Below, one piece after another: positions 1 through 10,000 of a DNA stretch of 64,000 bases (position 1 is its first letter; each line of letters starts with the position of its first letter). The position numbers were made by a program, and so were the translations under genes. This stretch comes from a bacterium. GTDB lineage: Bacteria; Oederibacteriota; Muellerivitia; Muellerivitales; Muellerivitaceae. Location: positions 231,655 through 295,654 of the forward strand of contig DASZRK010000002.1 of the NCBI GenBank assembly GCA_035549195.1, read 5' to 3'. The notes under the pieces are model-generated. The model saw only the letters and a program-made list of their open reading frames with translations, made no database searches and was not told the origin of the DNA.

Positions 1-1290
1 CCGTCGGGCTCGCGGTCCTCGTCGGCGTTGCCGAAGGCGTTGCGGTAGGGGTCGCCGTCGGTGTCATCGAGACCGTCGCGGTCGAGGTGAAAGTGGCCGT
101 ATTGGCCCCTGTGGCTGTTGGTGTGGCCGAAGCCGTGTTGGTCCGTGTCGGGGTGAAGGTGGACGTAGAGGACGCCGTAGCCATCGGGGTCCGCGAAGGT
201 GTCGAGGTCACGGTCGAGGTCGGGGTGCCACTAGGCGTGGAAGTCCGGGTGAAGGTGGAAGTCCCGGTGTTCGTAGGGGTCGAGGTGCCCGTAGCGCTCG
301 CCGTCCGGGTAGGGGTGGCGCTGGGGGTACCGGTGGCGGTCGAAGTGGGGCTATGGGTACGGGTCGCGGTGGAGGTGGGCGTGAAGGACGGCGTCATGCT
401 GGCGGTCGGGGTATGGGTCTTGGTCGGAGTGAAGGTGGCCGTCGTCGTCGGGGTGTTGGTCTTCGTCGGGCTGTTGGTCGGGGTATTCGTGGGCGCCGCC
501 ACGCAACCTGGGAACTGTTGGCCCGTGCTGGCGTAGGCGCCGCCGGCGATGACCGAGGAATAACAGGGGTTCAGGGCCCCGGCGCAGCTGCCCGTCCCGG
601 TGGTGAGGGTCACGCTGGCGTTGAGCTTGTTGCCCCGGGCATCGGTGATGGTCACCGGCATCACCGCGTTCGCCGAATAACCGAAGTAGCCCGAGGATGA
701 TTGCCAGCGGTTGTCGGCCGAATGGGTCAGGCTCTCCCCCTTTCCCGTGACCACGGAGATGATGGGAAAAAGATAGTCCTCGAAGAAGATCCCCGAGGTC
801 TCCCCATCCTTGTAGAAATAGGTGACCTTCCCCCCCGAGGATGCGTTGGCGTTGAGGATGCTCAAGGGACATTCCACGAAATGCCAAGTGATGCTGATGT
901 TCCCCAGGCTGGTGTTGGCCAGCGCGGAGAAAGCGGTCTGGCTCAGGTCCAGGTCATCGGGCCCGGAACAGGTGGGACAGCTGTCCACCACCTGCACGAT
1001 GACGCTCGTTCCGCCCGCCGCGTAATTGGCCTGGATGCAGGCCCCGCAGGATCCCGAACTGGACCAGAGGTTGTTGGCCCCGGCCGAGGACGCCGCGCAA
1101 TAGTATTGGCCGATGGCCTGGCTGGCGTAGCTACAGGCAAAGGTGCAACAAAGGGTGTAGTAGGTCGCGTGACCACTGAAGGAGGTCGGGGGATCGGCGG
1201 GGCAATACTTGAGGGTGCTGAAATTCATCTGGGCTTGGGCGCTCCCAAGAACCAAAAGGAAGCCGCAGGACAATAGAAGGACCTTCCCTG
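1..1290 (-). CDS. Secreted expansin-like protein (DPBB D1 + CBM63-like D2) followed by Thr/Pro linker; 3' end (C-terminal modules) lies beyond window start
   Basis: Minus-strand translation from ~1290 gives a signal peptide (..KVLLLSCGFLLVLGSAQA) then QMNFSTLKYCPADPPTSFSGHATYYT...CGAC...VVDSCPTCSG..DLDLSQTAFSAL..ITWHFVEC. This is a DPBB/expansin EXLX-like signature. A D2-like beta-sandwich follows, then a TNTPTNSPTKTNTP linker running to position 1. No in-frame ATG precedes the signal peptide (candidate TTG start). There is no stop in the window, so the ORF track does not list it. Confidence 0.6.
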
Positions 1291-1500
1291 TATTAGGGAG
1301 GTCTTTGATCGAATAATGGGATCTTCCAAAAATCGTTTTCACCCGGACCCGCCGAAAGGGATTTCGTCAGGGAAAAGGTACCTGGGTCCCAGGTTGCCAT
1401 ATGTTGATGGGTTGTTTATTTAATAAGAAGATTTTGCAGATTCAGAACGCCTCAAAGATCCGCTGGAGCGACAAAAAGACCGGCCAGGGGCCTGATCTAA

Positions 1501-4500
1501 TCAACGCAAAATGAGGATTTTTCCTACTGTTTTTCCAGTAGGGGTCTTGACCACCACGTAATAGAGCCCGCTGGCCAGGGGGCTCCCCCACTGGTCCATG
1601 GGATCAAGCTTCACTAAGGACCCCGGGGTCATATTGTGGATGTTCTTCTCGGCCACTAAGCGGAAGGCGGTGGTAAAGACCCGCACTTGGACATCGGTAG
1701 GAGCGTTCAGGGGAACGGCGACCTGGATGGGTTGGGTCCCGTCCGAAGGGTTGGGATAAACGACCGGCTTGGACCAGGTCGGAGTGGCGGTAGGGATGCC
1801 ACCGACCGTCACTTCCGCCCCGTCGTAGGGGATCCCCGTGGCCGTTCCGCTCCCCGAGCCCGTGGTGACGACGACCCCGGTCAGGGATGTCTGATAGGTC
1901 CCCGAAGGAGCGCTGGATGAGATATCCAGGACGATCAAGAGGTCTTGGGTCGCCGATCCGGGTAGGACGTCGCTGAGACCGACCGTAAGGGTCCCATCAT
2001 TGGCCGGGTAGGTCCCACTGGCTAAAAGGCTGTCGCCTCCATCCACGATCCCGTTCCCGTTGCTATCCAGGTAGACCTTGACCGAGGTGATTCCGGTCTG
2101 GTCGTTGCCCGTTCCGGAAGCCGTCAAGGAGATCTGTCCCACCGTCGTAGGACCGCCGGTCAGGTTCTGGAGCTGGACCTGCATCACCGGGACCTGCGGG
2201 GCGCCAGGAGCCTGGTTCGAATCCGGAGGCGCCGCCGGTCCAGCGGAAACCTGGAGGACCGGACCGGTCGTCGGGGTATTTGTCGGGGTTTGGGTCTTGG
2301 TCGGGCTGGAGGTCGGCGAAGGCGAATTCGTGGCCGTGGCCGTCAGCGTCGGTGTCAAGGTCCGGGTCGCGGTGGGACTGTGGGTGGGCGTGGCGGTGGG
2401 GGCCGGAGGGGTCAAGGTCCCCGTAGGGCTATCGGTCGGCGTCCCCGTCGGGGAGGCCGTGGGGGTCAAGGTCGCCGAAAAAGTCGCCGTCGAGGTCAGG
2501 CTGGCCGTCGGACTTGCGCTGGGCGTCGCGGATGGGGTGGCTGTCGGCGAGAAGGTCGGGGTCGAGGTGGGGGTACGGGTCGGACTGGAGGTGGCCGAAG
2601 GGGTCGGTGTGGGCGTCGGGCTCGAGGCGCAGGTCACCGGCGCCACATCGGGCGGGAGCGAACCCAACCGGCTTTGCAACTGGGCGTCGAAAAGCGACGG
2701 CGGGTCCAGGTTGGCCCGGTCGATCCCCTCATAGGCCACGTTCCCCCGCGGGCCCACTTGAGGCGCGTTCCCGCTCATGACCGTTCCATAAACGTAGGTC
2801 GCGGTCAGGTCCTGGGAATTGTCATAAATGGTGGCTCCCCCGGTGGGGCCGATGATGAGGGCATCCGAATCCGAGGTGTAGGTGGCCGGGGAACATTGCA
2901 CCGACCCCGCCTGCCAGTTGCCATAGGGATTGGCCGAGGTTCCCGAGTAGTTCCACACCACCCCGCCCGCGAAGGTCTCATAGGCATTGTTGCTTTGGGT
3001 CTCCCGGTTCTCGGCCAGGAGCCCGTTATTGGTCTGGGTCATCATGTCCCACAGGAGCCTTTGCGAATAGGCGAAATGGGTATCGTCGCATTCCATGGTC
3101 ACGCTGGCCGAATTCCCCATGGTCTTGATGGAGTTGCAGCGTGTGTAGACCACCATGTTGGTCATGGCGTATTCGGTGGTGAAGTTATGGCGCAGGTTCG
3201 TGGCCGTACAGCGTTTGAAGAGCACCGCCGAAGAGGCGTAGGTGTAGAACCCGTAGCCCCAACCCCCGCCGCCATAGTCCTGGGCCCCGGTGATGGAACA
3301 ATCCAGGACGGTGATTCGGGTGGACCAGGCGGGTTTGATGCCGTTCTTGGCGACATTGAGGACCTTCACGTCCCGGGCCCAACCGTTGAAGACGCCCTTG
3401 AAGGCCAAGGCGGTCCCCGCCGGGCGGCCCGAATCGTTGCTGTTGGCCAGGACCTGGATCGTCATCCCTTCGATGCCGTCGTTCTCGATGTATTGGCCCC
3501 CGTTGGGCTTGTAGAACCAGACCGTGGCGTCGCTGTTGTGCAGGCTGAAGGGGATGGGCGCGTCCAGGGTGATGACGTTGCCCGCGATGGCCGTGATCTT
3601 GCGCGGATAGCAGAGGGTGTTGCTGAAGGCCCCATCGGTGCCGGTACCCGGCGGGTCCGTGGTCCAGTTGCCGGCGCTGTTGATCGTGGAAAAATTGGGC
3701 CAGAAATACTGCTGGACCACCACCCAGTTCCCCACCGCGAAGGAAGCGGCGGAACCCACCGTGACGGACAGGTCCCCCCGGTTCACGTCGGCGCAGCTGG
3801 TCGTGACCGGCGCCTTGCCCGGCTCCGCCCATTGGCTGTAGGAGATCCCGCCGCCGCCCATGAAGGTGAAGGGCGCCTCGGTGAGCTTGTCCCCCGGGTT
3901 ATAGGAGGAGGCGATCACCACCGTGGTGGCCCCGCTTCCCGCTCCCAGGATGCGGATATTCCCGCCGGTGATGGTGACGGTCCCCGAAAGGGTCACGGAG
4001 CCGGAAGGGAGCCAAAGGGTGCCGCCGCCCATCCCCACCAGTGTGGAAAGCCCGGTCCTGACCGCGGTCGTAATGTCCCCCGAGGACGAGACGGTCACGT
4101 TGTTGCAGGGGATGGCGTCCCCCAACCCGACTTGGGAGAGCTTGTAACCACTGTAGGAATAATCATCCAGCTTGAAGGGCCGTCCACCCAAGGTCACGCT
4201 CTGGGCCACCCAGTTGGGCCCGCTGGGTTGCAGGAAGACCGAGTTCCAGGCCCCCAAGGGCGTGGGCGTGATCGTGGGCGAGTTGGTCGGACTGGGGGAA
4301 GGGGTGGCGGTGAAGGACGCGGTCGGTGTCGTCGAAGCCGTCGGACTGGAGGTAGGGCTCGAAGTGGGGCTGTTGGTCGGGCTCAGGGTGGGGGTCCAGG
4401 TGGGCGTCGCCGTGGGGCTGTTGGAGGGGGTCGGCGTGGCCGTGGAGCACCCCATGAAAAGGCGGAGGTTGTCCAGGTAGAAGGTGCCCGTGACCGTGCC

Positions 4501-6996
4501 AGGCCCGGAGTTATAAACGAACTCGAGGGCCGTGATGGAAGAGCCCTGGGTGATGCCGCCCGCCGCCCAATTGATGTTGAAGGTCACATCGTTGTTCTGC
4601 CCCGCTACCAGGGTCGGGGTGTCGCCCGAGATGGGCTGGTAGAAAGTGGTCGGCGAATCGGCGCGCAGGAACAATTGGGTCCACCCTTGGCCCGCGGTCA
4701 AGGAGGAGGATACGTTGATGTCCAACTTCAGTTGGGTGACGCTGGTCCAGTCATTGGGGGTGAATCCGGTCAGGTTGAAGAGCTGATCGTTCCAACTGGC
4801 GCCGGTGGTCACGTTCACCTGCAGGCTGTGGGTCCCTTGGGTGGCATTCAATGTGGTCACAGCCCGGGAAGCGTTGGTCCCCGACCAGGTCCCGTTCTCC
4901 GCCAGGGTCTCGGCCCCGTTCAAGAGGACCACGCAAACGGTGGCCGTGGGGCTGGGAGTGGCTGTGGGGGTCAGGGTGGCCGTGGAACTGGGGGTCGGCG
5001 TAGCGGTGGCGAGGGTGCCCGTGGGAGTGGCCGTCGGCGTGGCGGTGGGGGATGTATTCACCGCGAAGGCCGAGAGCAGGAACTGGTATTTGCCCTGGTA
5101 TCCCTGGTCGGGCTCGGTGACCTCCCAGGAATCCTCGGGCCATGTGTTCCCCCAATCCTTATAGGACTTCATGGGCGGTTGGCCCTGCGGCGGGTTGAGG
5201 GTCGGTCCCGAATAGGAGGCGTCGGGCGCGAAGTTCTGGTTGGGTCCTCCCGCCAGGATCCCCGGCGCCGGCCCCACCGCCCCGCCACCCGTGTTCCCGT
5301 CGAAGGTCGTCCCTTGGTAGAACCAACTGTGGTAGATGGACATGATCGATTTGGAGGCCCCCAGGTTGGCACCCTGGGTCCCCATGTTGGTCAGATAGAC
5401 CCAGTTCAAGGGGTTTCGGCCATGGAAATAATGGAGGTACTCCTCCGCTTGGTTCGCGTAAGCCGTGTTCTGGGCCGGGTTGGCATTGGTCTTCACGGCG
5501 AAAAGGAGTTGGTTGCCCCAGGAAGCCTTCAACTGGTTGGAGCCCCAGGTGTAATGCCCCGGGTACATGTAGCCCAAGTAGGGATCGTTCACCTGCTGGT
5601 TCATGATGTAGTTCTGGCATTCGTTCTTCAGGGAGTTCTTGATGGCCGTCACCACCGCGGCCGTCGCCCCCGGGGCCAGGCAATAGGACACCATCCCCAA
5701 TTCCAGCGGCTCGCAAAGGGACGCGTCGAAATGGTCGGCCCCTGCGTTGGGCGGATTGGAGACCGGCCGGAAAGAGCTTTCAATGACCGCTGAGGAGTTG
5801 TAATTGGCGTCGAAATAGGTCTGGTAGGTGGCGCTCCCGGTCAGGGCGAAAAGTTCGGCGGCGGCGGCCACCCGGGCCTGGGCGTCCCAGGCCGAGGATT
5901 GGTTGGCGTTGGCGCTGGAAACCCCGGTGGAATCGAAGGTGACCGGCGAGGGATTGGCGGAAAGATAGCCCCAAGCCGAGACCGCGGCGTTCTGCAGTGT
6001 CACCGCGTAGGAGCTATAGAGCGGATAGGCCTGGAAGAGCCGCGCCCCCAGGGCAAAGGCCATGGCCCCGGTGGCGGTGGCGGTGGTGGAGACGTTCAGG
6101 TAGTAGCGCTTGGCGGTGTCGTTGGCCGGGTTCCCCGGGTTGTTGGAGGTGCTCGCGTTGCTGTAACCCACCATCGAATAAAGGGCCCCGTCGCTGGAGC
6201 GCTGCATGCGCAGCATCCAGTCCAGTTCATATTTGACCTCGTCCAGCATGTCGGGCACCCCGTTGCCCGATTCGGGGATGTTGGTGTTGTCCCCATAGCC
6301 GTTGGGGTACCACTCCGCCGAATGCATCAGGTACCAAAGGGTCGCGTGGGCGAAGGTCACATATTTCCCATAATCCCCCGCGTCATGCCAGCCGCCATGC
6401 ACATCCCGGGCCGTGCCCGCCCCTTGGTCGGCGTTCGCATTCCAGAGGTGGGCGACCAGGTCCTGATTGGCTCCCTCATGGCAGGCGGTATGGTTCCAGT
6501 TCGCCCCTCCATTGGCCGAGGAGATATTCATCCCGCAACGCTGATAGAAGAACATCCGCTGGGAAGCCGTGACCACCCCGTTATAGACGCTGTCCAAAAC
6601 TTGGAAATTGTAGGATTGCCCGCCGGGATTGGAGCCGCCGGGCACCTGCACGTAATAGGTCCCGGGCGCGCTCAAGGTGGTGAATGTTCCCTGCCACACC
6701 TTATCGCCGGAAAAGGTGCTGTCCGTGGCGCCCGCGCCCCAGGTCACCGCGCTCCCGGTGAAGACCGTGGCCCCATTGGAGACATTGATGACGTTGAAGG
6801 TGGCGCCCGCGCCCAGGTTGAAGCTCGAAGGGCTCCCGACTCCGGTGTTGGGCTGGGCGAAGATGACGATCTTTGGATCGGCGGGCTTGTAGCCGAACTG
6901 GTCCACGATGATGTTCGACAGGACCGCTCCATGGACCGGCCCTAGGGCCGAAGCGAACAGGAGAAAGATCCCAAAACGTTTCAAGTCAGGACGCAA
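1501..6996 (-). CDS. Giant secreted multi-domain glycoside hydrolase: N-terminal Ig-like (CelD_N) + GH9 catalytic domain, CBM4/9/22-like beta-sandwich, right-handed beta-helix (pectate-lyase-like) domain, beta-sandwich domain, T9SS-type CTD
   Basis: 1831 aa with a signal peptide. GH9 motifs: IIVDQFGYKPADPK (Ig-like N-domain), GGWHDAGDYGKYV, PDMLDEVKYELDWMLRMQ, YFHGRNPLNWVYL, and C-terminal ..TEPDQGYQGKYQFLL carrying the catalytic Glu. Three TPT/SPT linkers. A beta-helix-like segment (NGWARDVKVLNVAKNG..). C-terminus [11 protein letters not shown]...[10 protein letters not shown]...GKILILR. Confidence 0.85.
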   Translation of the reverse strand: MRPDLKRFGIFLLFASALGPVHGAVLSNIIVDQFGYKPADPKIVIFAQPNTGVGSPSSFNLGAGATFNVINVSNGATVFTGSAVTWGAGATDSTFSGDKVWQGTFTTLSAPGTYYVQVPGGSNPGGQSYNFQVLDSVYNGVVTASQRMFFYQRCGMNISSANGGANWNHTACHEGANQDLVAHLWNANADQGAGTARDVHGGWHDAGDYGKYVTFAHATLWYLMHSAEWYPNGYGDNTNIPESGNGVPDMLDEVKYELDWMLRMQRSSDGALYSMVGYSNASTSNNPGNPANDTAKRYYLNVSTTATATGAMAFALGARLFQAYPLYSSYAVTLQNAAVSAWGYLSANPSPVTFDSTGVSSANANQSSAWDAQARVAAAAELFALTGSATYQTYFDANYNSSAVIESSFRPVSNPPNAGADHFDASLCEPLELGMVSYCLAPGATAAVVTAIKNSLKNECQNYIMNQQVNDPYLGYMYPGHYTWGSNQLKASWGNQLLFAVKTNANPAQNTAYANQAEEYLHYFHGRNPLNWVYLTNMGTQGANLGASKSIMSIYHSWFYQGTTFDGNTGGGAVGPAPGILAGGPNQNFAPDASYSGPTLNPPQGQPPMKSYKDWGNTWPEDSWEVTEPDQGYQGKYQFLLSAFAVNTSPTATPTATPTGTLATATPTPSSTATLTPTATPSPTATVCVVLLNGAETLAENGTWSGTNASRAVTTLNATQGTHSLQVNVTTGASWNDQLFNLTGFTPNDWTSVTQLKLDINVSSSLTAGQGWTQLFLRADSPTTFYQPISGDTPTLVAGQNNDVTFNINWAAGGITQGSSITALEFVYNSGPGTVTGTFYLDNLRLFMGCSTATPTPSNSPTATPTWTPTLSPTNSPTSSPTSSPTASTTPTASFTATPSPSPTNSPTITPTPLGAWNSVFLQPSGPNWVAQSVTLGGRPFKLDDYSYSGYKLSQVGLGDAIPCNNVTVSSSGDITTAVRTGLSTLVGMGGGTLWLPSGSVTLSGTVTITGGNIRILGAGSGATTVVIASSYNPGDKLTEAPFTFMGGGGISYSQWAEPGKAPVTTSCADVNRGDLSVTVGSAASFAVGNWVVVQQYFWPNFSTINSAGNWTTDPPGTGTDGAFSNTLCYPRKITAIAGNVITLDAPIPFSLHNSDATVWFYKPNGGQYIENDGIEGMTIQVLANSNDSGRPAGTALAFKGVFNGWARDVKVLNVAKNGIKPAWSTRITVLDCSITGAQDYGGGGWGYGFYTYASSAVLFKRCTATNLRHNFTTEYAMTNMVVYTRCNSIKTMGNSASVTMECDDTHFAYSQRLLWDMMTQTNNGLLAENRETQSNNAYETFAGGVVWNYSGTSANPYGNWQAGSVQCSPATYTSDSDALIIGPTGGATIYDNSQDLTATYVYGTVMSGNAPQVGPRGNVAYEGIDRANLDPPSLFDAQLQSRLGSLPPDVAPVTCASSPTPTPTPSATSSPTRTPTSTPTFSPTATPSATPSASPTASLTSTATFSATLTPTASPTGTPTDSPTGTLTPPAPTATPTHSPTATRTLTPTLTATATNSPSPTSSPTKTQTPTNTPTTGPVLQVSAGPAAPPDSNQAPGAPQVPVMQVQLQNLTGGPTTVGQISLTASGTGNDQTGITSVKVYLDSNGNGIVDGGDSLLASGTYPANDGTLTVGLSDVLPGSATQDLLIVLDISSSAPSGTYQTSLTGVVVTTGSGSGTATGIPYDGAEVTVGGIPTATPTWSKPVVYPNPSDGTQPIQVAVPLNAPTDVQVRVFTTAFRLVAEKNIHNMTPGSLVKLDPMDQWGSPLASGLYYVVVKTPTGKTVGKILILR

Positions 6997-7049
6997 TGAT
7001 CCCTACCTTTGGACAGTTCTCGGCTTTTTCGTCTTAACGTGCAATCAAC

Positions 7050-7092
7050 CCGGCAAAAAAAAGCCGACCCGTGAAGGCCGGCTTTTATTTTA
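7050..7092 (-). terminator. Putative intrinsic terminator downstream of the GH8 gene (A-run, GC hairpin, T-run)
   Basis: Minus-strand RNA reads aaaauaaaaGCCGgccuucacggguCGGCuuuuuuuu directly after the GH8 stop at 7090. A 4-5 bp GC stem is followed by U8. The A-tract on the other side suggests bidirectional potential. Confidence 0.4.
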
Positions 7093-10000
7093 TCGGAGGA
7101 CCAGGATCTTCCCGACGGATTTCCCGCTCTTGGTGTAAACGACCACGTAATAAAGGCCGCTGGCCAACGGCGTTCCCCAATCGTCACGCATCTGAACGGT
7201 CAAGGGCCCATAGGCCTGATCGGTGTAATCCTGTTCCTGAACCTTCCGGAAGGCCGTGGTGAAGATCTGGACCTTGACGTCCGACGTGCCCGTGAAAGGA
7301 GGTGGCAGGACCTGGACCGGTCCTCCGTCGGAGGGGTTGGGATAGACGATCGGCTTGTTCTCCTTGAAAGGCGTGGGGGTGGCCGTGGCCGTCGGGGTAA
7401 AGGACGAGGTCGGAGTGAAGGAAGCCGTCGGGGTCGAAGTCGGTGCGACCACGGTGATGGTCGCTCCGCTCAAAGGCAGGGGATTGAAACTGGCGGCCTG
7501 TCCGTTGGTGCCGGAGGCGCCCGTCAGGCTGAAGGAATAACCACCGGTCGTGGAGGTCCCGGAGAAATTCACCTGGAAGGTATAGGTCACCGAACCGCCA
7601 CCCAAGGGAATGACGTCGGAAAGTCCGCTGAAGGTGGCCGTCGAACCGCTGAATCCGACCGGTGAACCATCCGGCGAACCATTCTTGAGCAGGGTCACCG
7701 AAAGAATATTGGAGGTCGGGTTCCCCGTCTCGGTGAGGGTCAGGCTGGTCATGGTCACATTGGTCGTACTGGGATTGGTCAACACGACCTCGATCACCGG
7801 TACATTGGAAGCCCCTTGCAGTTGATTGCCGCTGGGTGCGCCCGAACCGTTCGCCACTGCCACGATGACCGGCGTCGCCGTGAAGGTGGGGGTAACGGTC
7901 GGTGTATTCGTGGGTGTAAAGGTGGAAGTCGGGGTGTGGGTGGCGGTATTGGTCGCGGTGTTGGCCAAGGTATTGGTGGACGTGGAAGTGGCGGTCCGGC
8001 TGGCCGTCGCTGTCGGGGTGTTCGTCGCGGTATTGGTCGCCGTATTGATCAGGGTATTGGTGGCCGTGAAGGTGGCGGTGCCGGTGGCCGTTGAGGAAGC
8101 TGTGCCCGTCGCTGTGTTAGTGGCCGTATTGACCAAAGTCGCGGTGGGAGTGCCCGAAGCTGTCCGGGTGGCGGTATTGGTCGCCGTGCTCGCTAAAGTA
8201 TCGGTGGGGGTCTGGGTCGGTGTCTTGGTGGCGGTAAGGGTCGCAGTGGAGGTATTGCTGTTCGTGGCGGTCGAGGTTGCCGTATTCGTGGTGGTAAGGG
8301 TGGGAGTAAGGGAAGGCGTCGGCGTCATGGAGGGGCTCAAGGTCCCGGTCGGACTGAGGGTCGGGGTCGATGTAATGGTGGGGGTTCCCGTATCCGTGGC
8401 GGTCGAAGAAGGCGTGCGGGTCGCCGTTTGGGTGGCGCTATTGGTCGTCGTGGAAGTGGCGGTCCTGGTCGCCGTGTTGGTGGAGGTGTTCGCCAGGGTC
8501 GCCGTCGGGGTCAGGGTCGGGGTGAAGCTAGGCGTGGCGGTCAAGGTGGCCGTGGCCGTCCGGGTAGGCGTGGAGCTGGAGGTCGGTGTCCCACTATGAG
8601 TGGCCGTGTTGGTCGGTGTGCCGGTGTTGGCAAGGGTGGCGGTCGGAGTGGATGAGGGGGTGCTCGTGGAGGTGTAGGTATTCGTCCGGGTCGCCGTATT
8701 GGTCGGCGAACTGGTGGACGTCAAGGTGGGGGTATTGCTGGGGGTGGTGGTGGCGGTCCGGGTCGCCGTATTGGTGGCCGTGCTGGCGACCGTGTTGGTC
8801 GGGCTATTGGTCGGGCTGAAAGTGGGGGTCCGCGTGGGTGTGGCCGTGACGGTCGAAGTGGCGGTATTAGTGACGGTGCGGGTCGGTGTGTCGGTGGGCA
8901 CAATGGTCACCACCGGCGTGCTGGTCGGAAGAGGCGTGGGAGTGTTCCAGCCCATTCCAGCCAGACAGACCTGGTCGACCCAGAAAGCGAAGGTGACGCC
9001 CGACACGGGGGCCTGGGCCACCCATTGGAGGGAAGTAACATGGGTCATCGCCTGGGCATAGCTCAGAGTAGTACCCATGGCCGAAGCAGGGCCCCAACTT
9101 TCCGGAGCAAGTCCGGCCGCGAGCGATCCAGGCTGGGTGACATATTGCCATGTGTTGGCTGAAGTAATTGGAATCATGAAGCCATATTGATTGGCGTTCC
9201 CACCATTCGATGGGTCAACGGCGGGGTTATAAAAATTCAGCCGAACGGTCTGGGGCGCGGAGGTAGCCTTGATATAAAAGGCGATGTTGGTCATGGAGGT
9301 CGGTGCACTGGCGAGATTCTGATAACCCGTGGTCAATTCGGTGGCCAGGGAATAACCGGCATAGACCGTTTCGGGCTGTGTCAAGCCGCCATAGTAAACG
9401 TTGGTCGAGCCGCCGTTGATGGCGCAGGAACCGGTCACATAGGCCGAGTAGGCCGGGCCCGTGGTGGCCCCGCCGACATAAACGATCGTGGAGGGTCCGG
9501 AGAAGGTGTAAAGCTGGGGCGTCGCGACCGGCGTGTTGTTCACACTGGCGTAACCAAAGGTGAACCAATAACCGTTCACCCGGTTCATGCTGTTCCCATC
9601 CTCCACGTCGTCGAGCATATAGCAGGCCAAGGGCGTGGGCGAAGGGGTCGGAGTGCAGGTCTGGGCCCCGCAAGGAGGCGTGCCGCACACGATGTTGGGG
9701 AAATTCCCCGTGGCCACCAGTTGGGCGAGGAAGCAGACCGAGTCTTGGAAATAGGTCCAGGAACCACAGGTAGGGTAACGGCTCATCATGGTGCTGTAGA
9801 TGTTGTTGATGTAGGACTGGTTCGTCGCGTTGTTCGCAAGGGAGAGGGAGGCCACCAATACGCCCCCGATCTGCAGATCATTACAATTGGACCCTGACGG
9901 CGAGCCGTAAGGGGTGGAATTGACCGTCCAGAACTCCTCGATCTCATTGGCGCCATTGACCCCGACCCCGGCCTGTACCGTGGTGGCGAACTTGGTCACG

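Noticed and set aside
2290-5793. 1167-aa plus-strand ORF (Gly/Arg-rich) and many other long plus-strand ORFs rich in VGV/VAV/GR (87..536, 2078..2734, 4172..4480, 7826..8599, 11825..13507, 12087..13136, 15211..15981, 19057..20172, 29197..32463, 53524..54453, etc.)
   Set aside because: They lie antisense to well-supported minus-strand genes. Their composition (Val-Gly-Val from GTN/GGN opposite ACN/CCN linker codons, or Arg/Gly from GC-rich frames) is the expected artefact of a 65% GC sequence and Thr/Pro linkers. No domain signatures were found.
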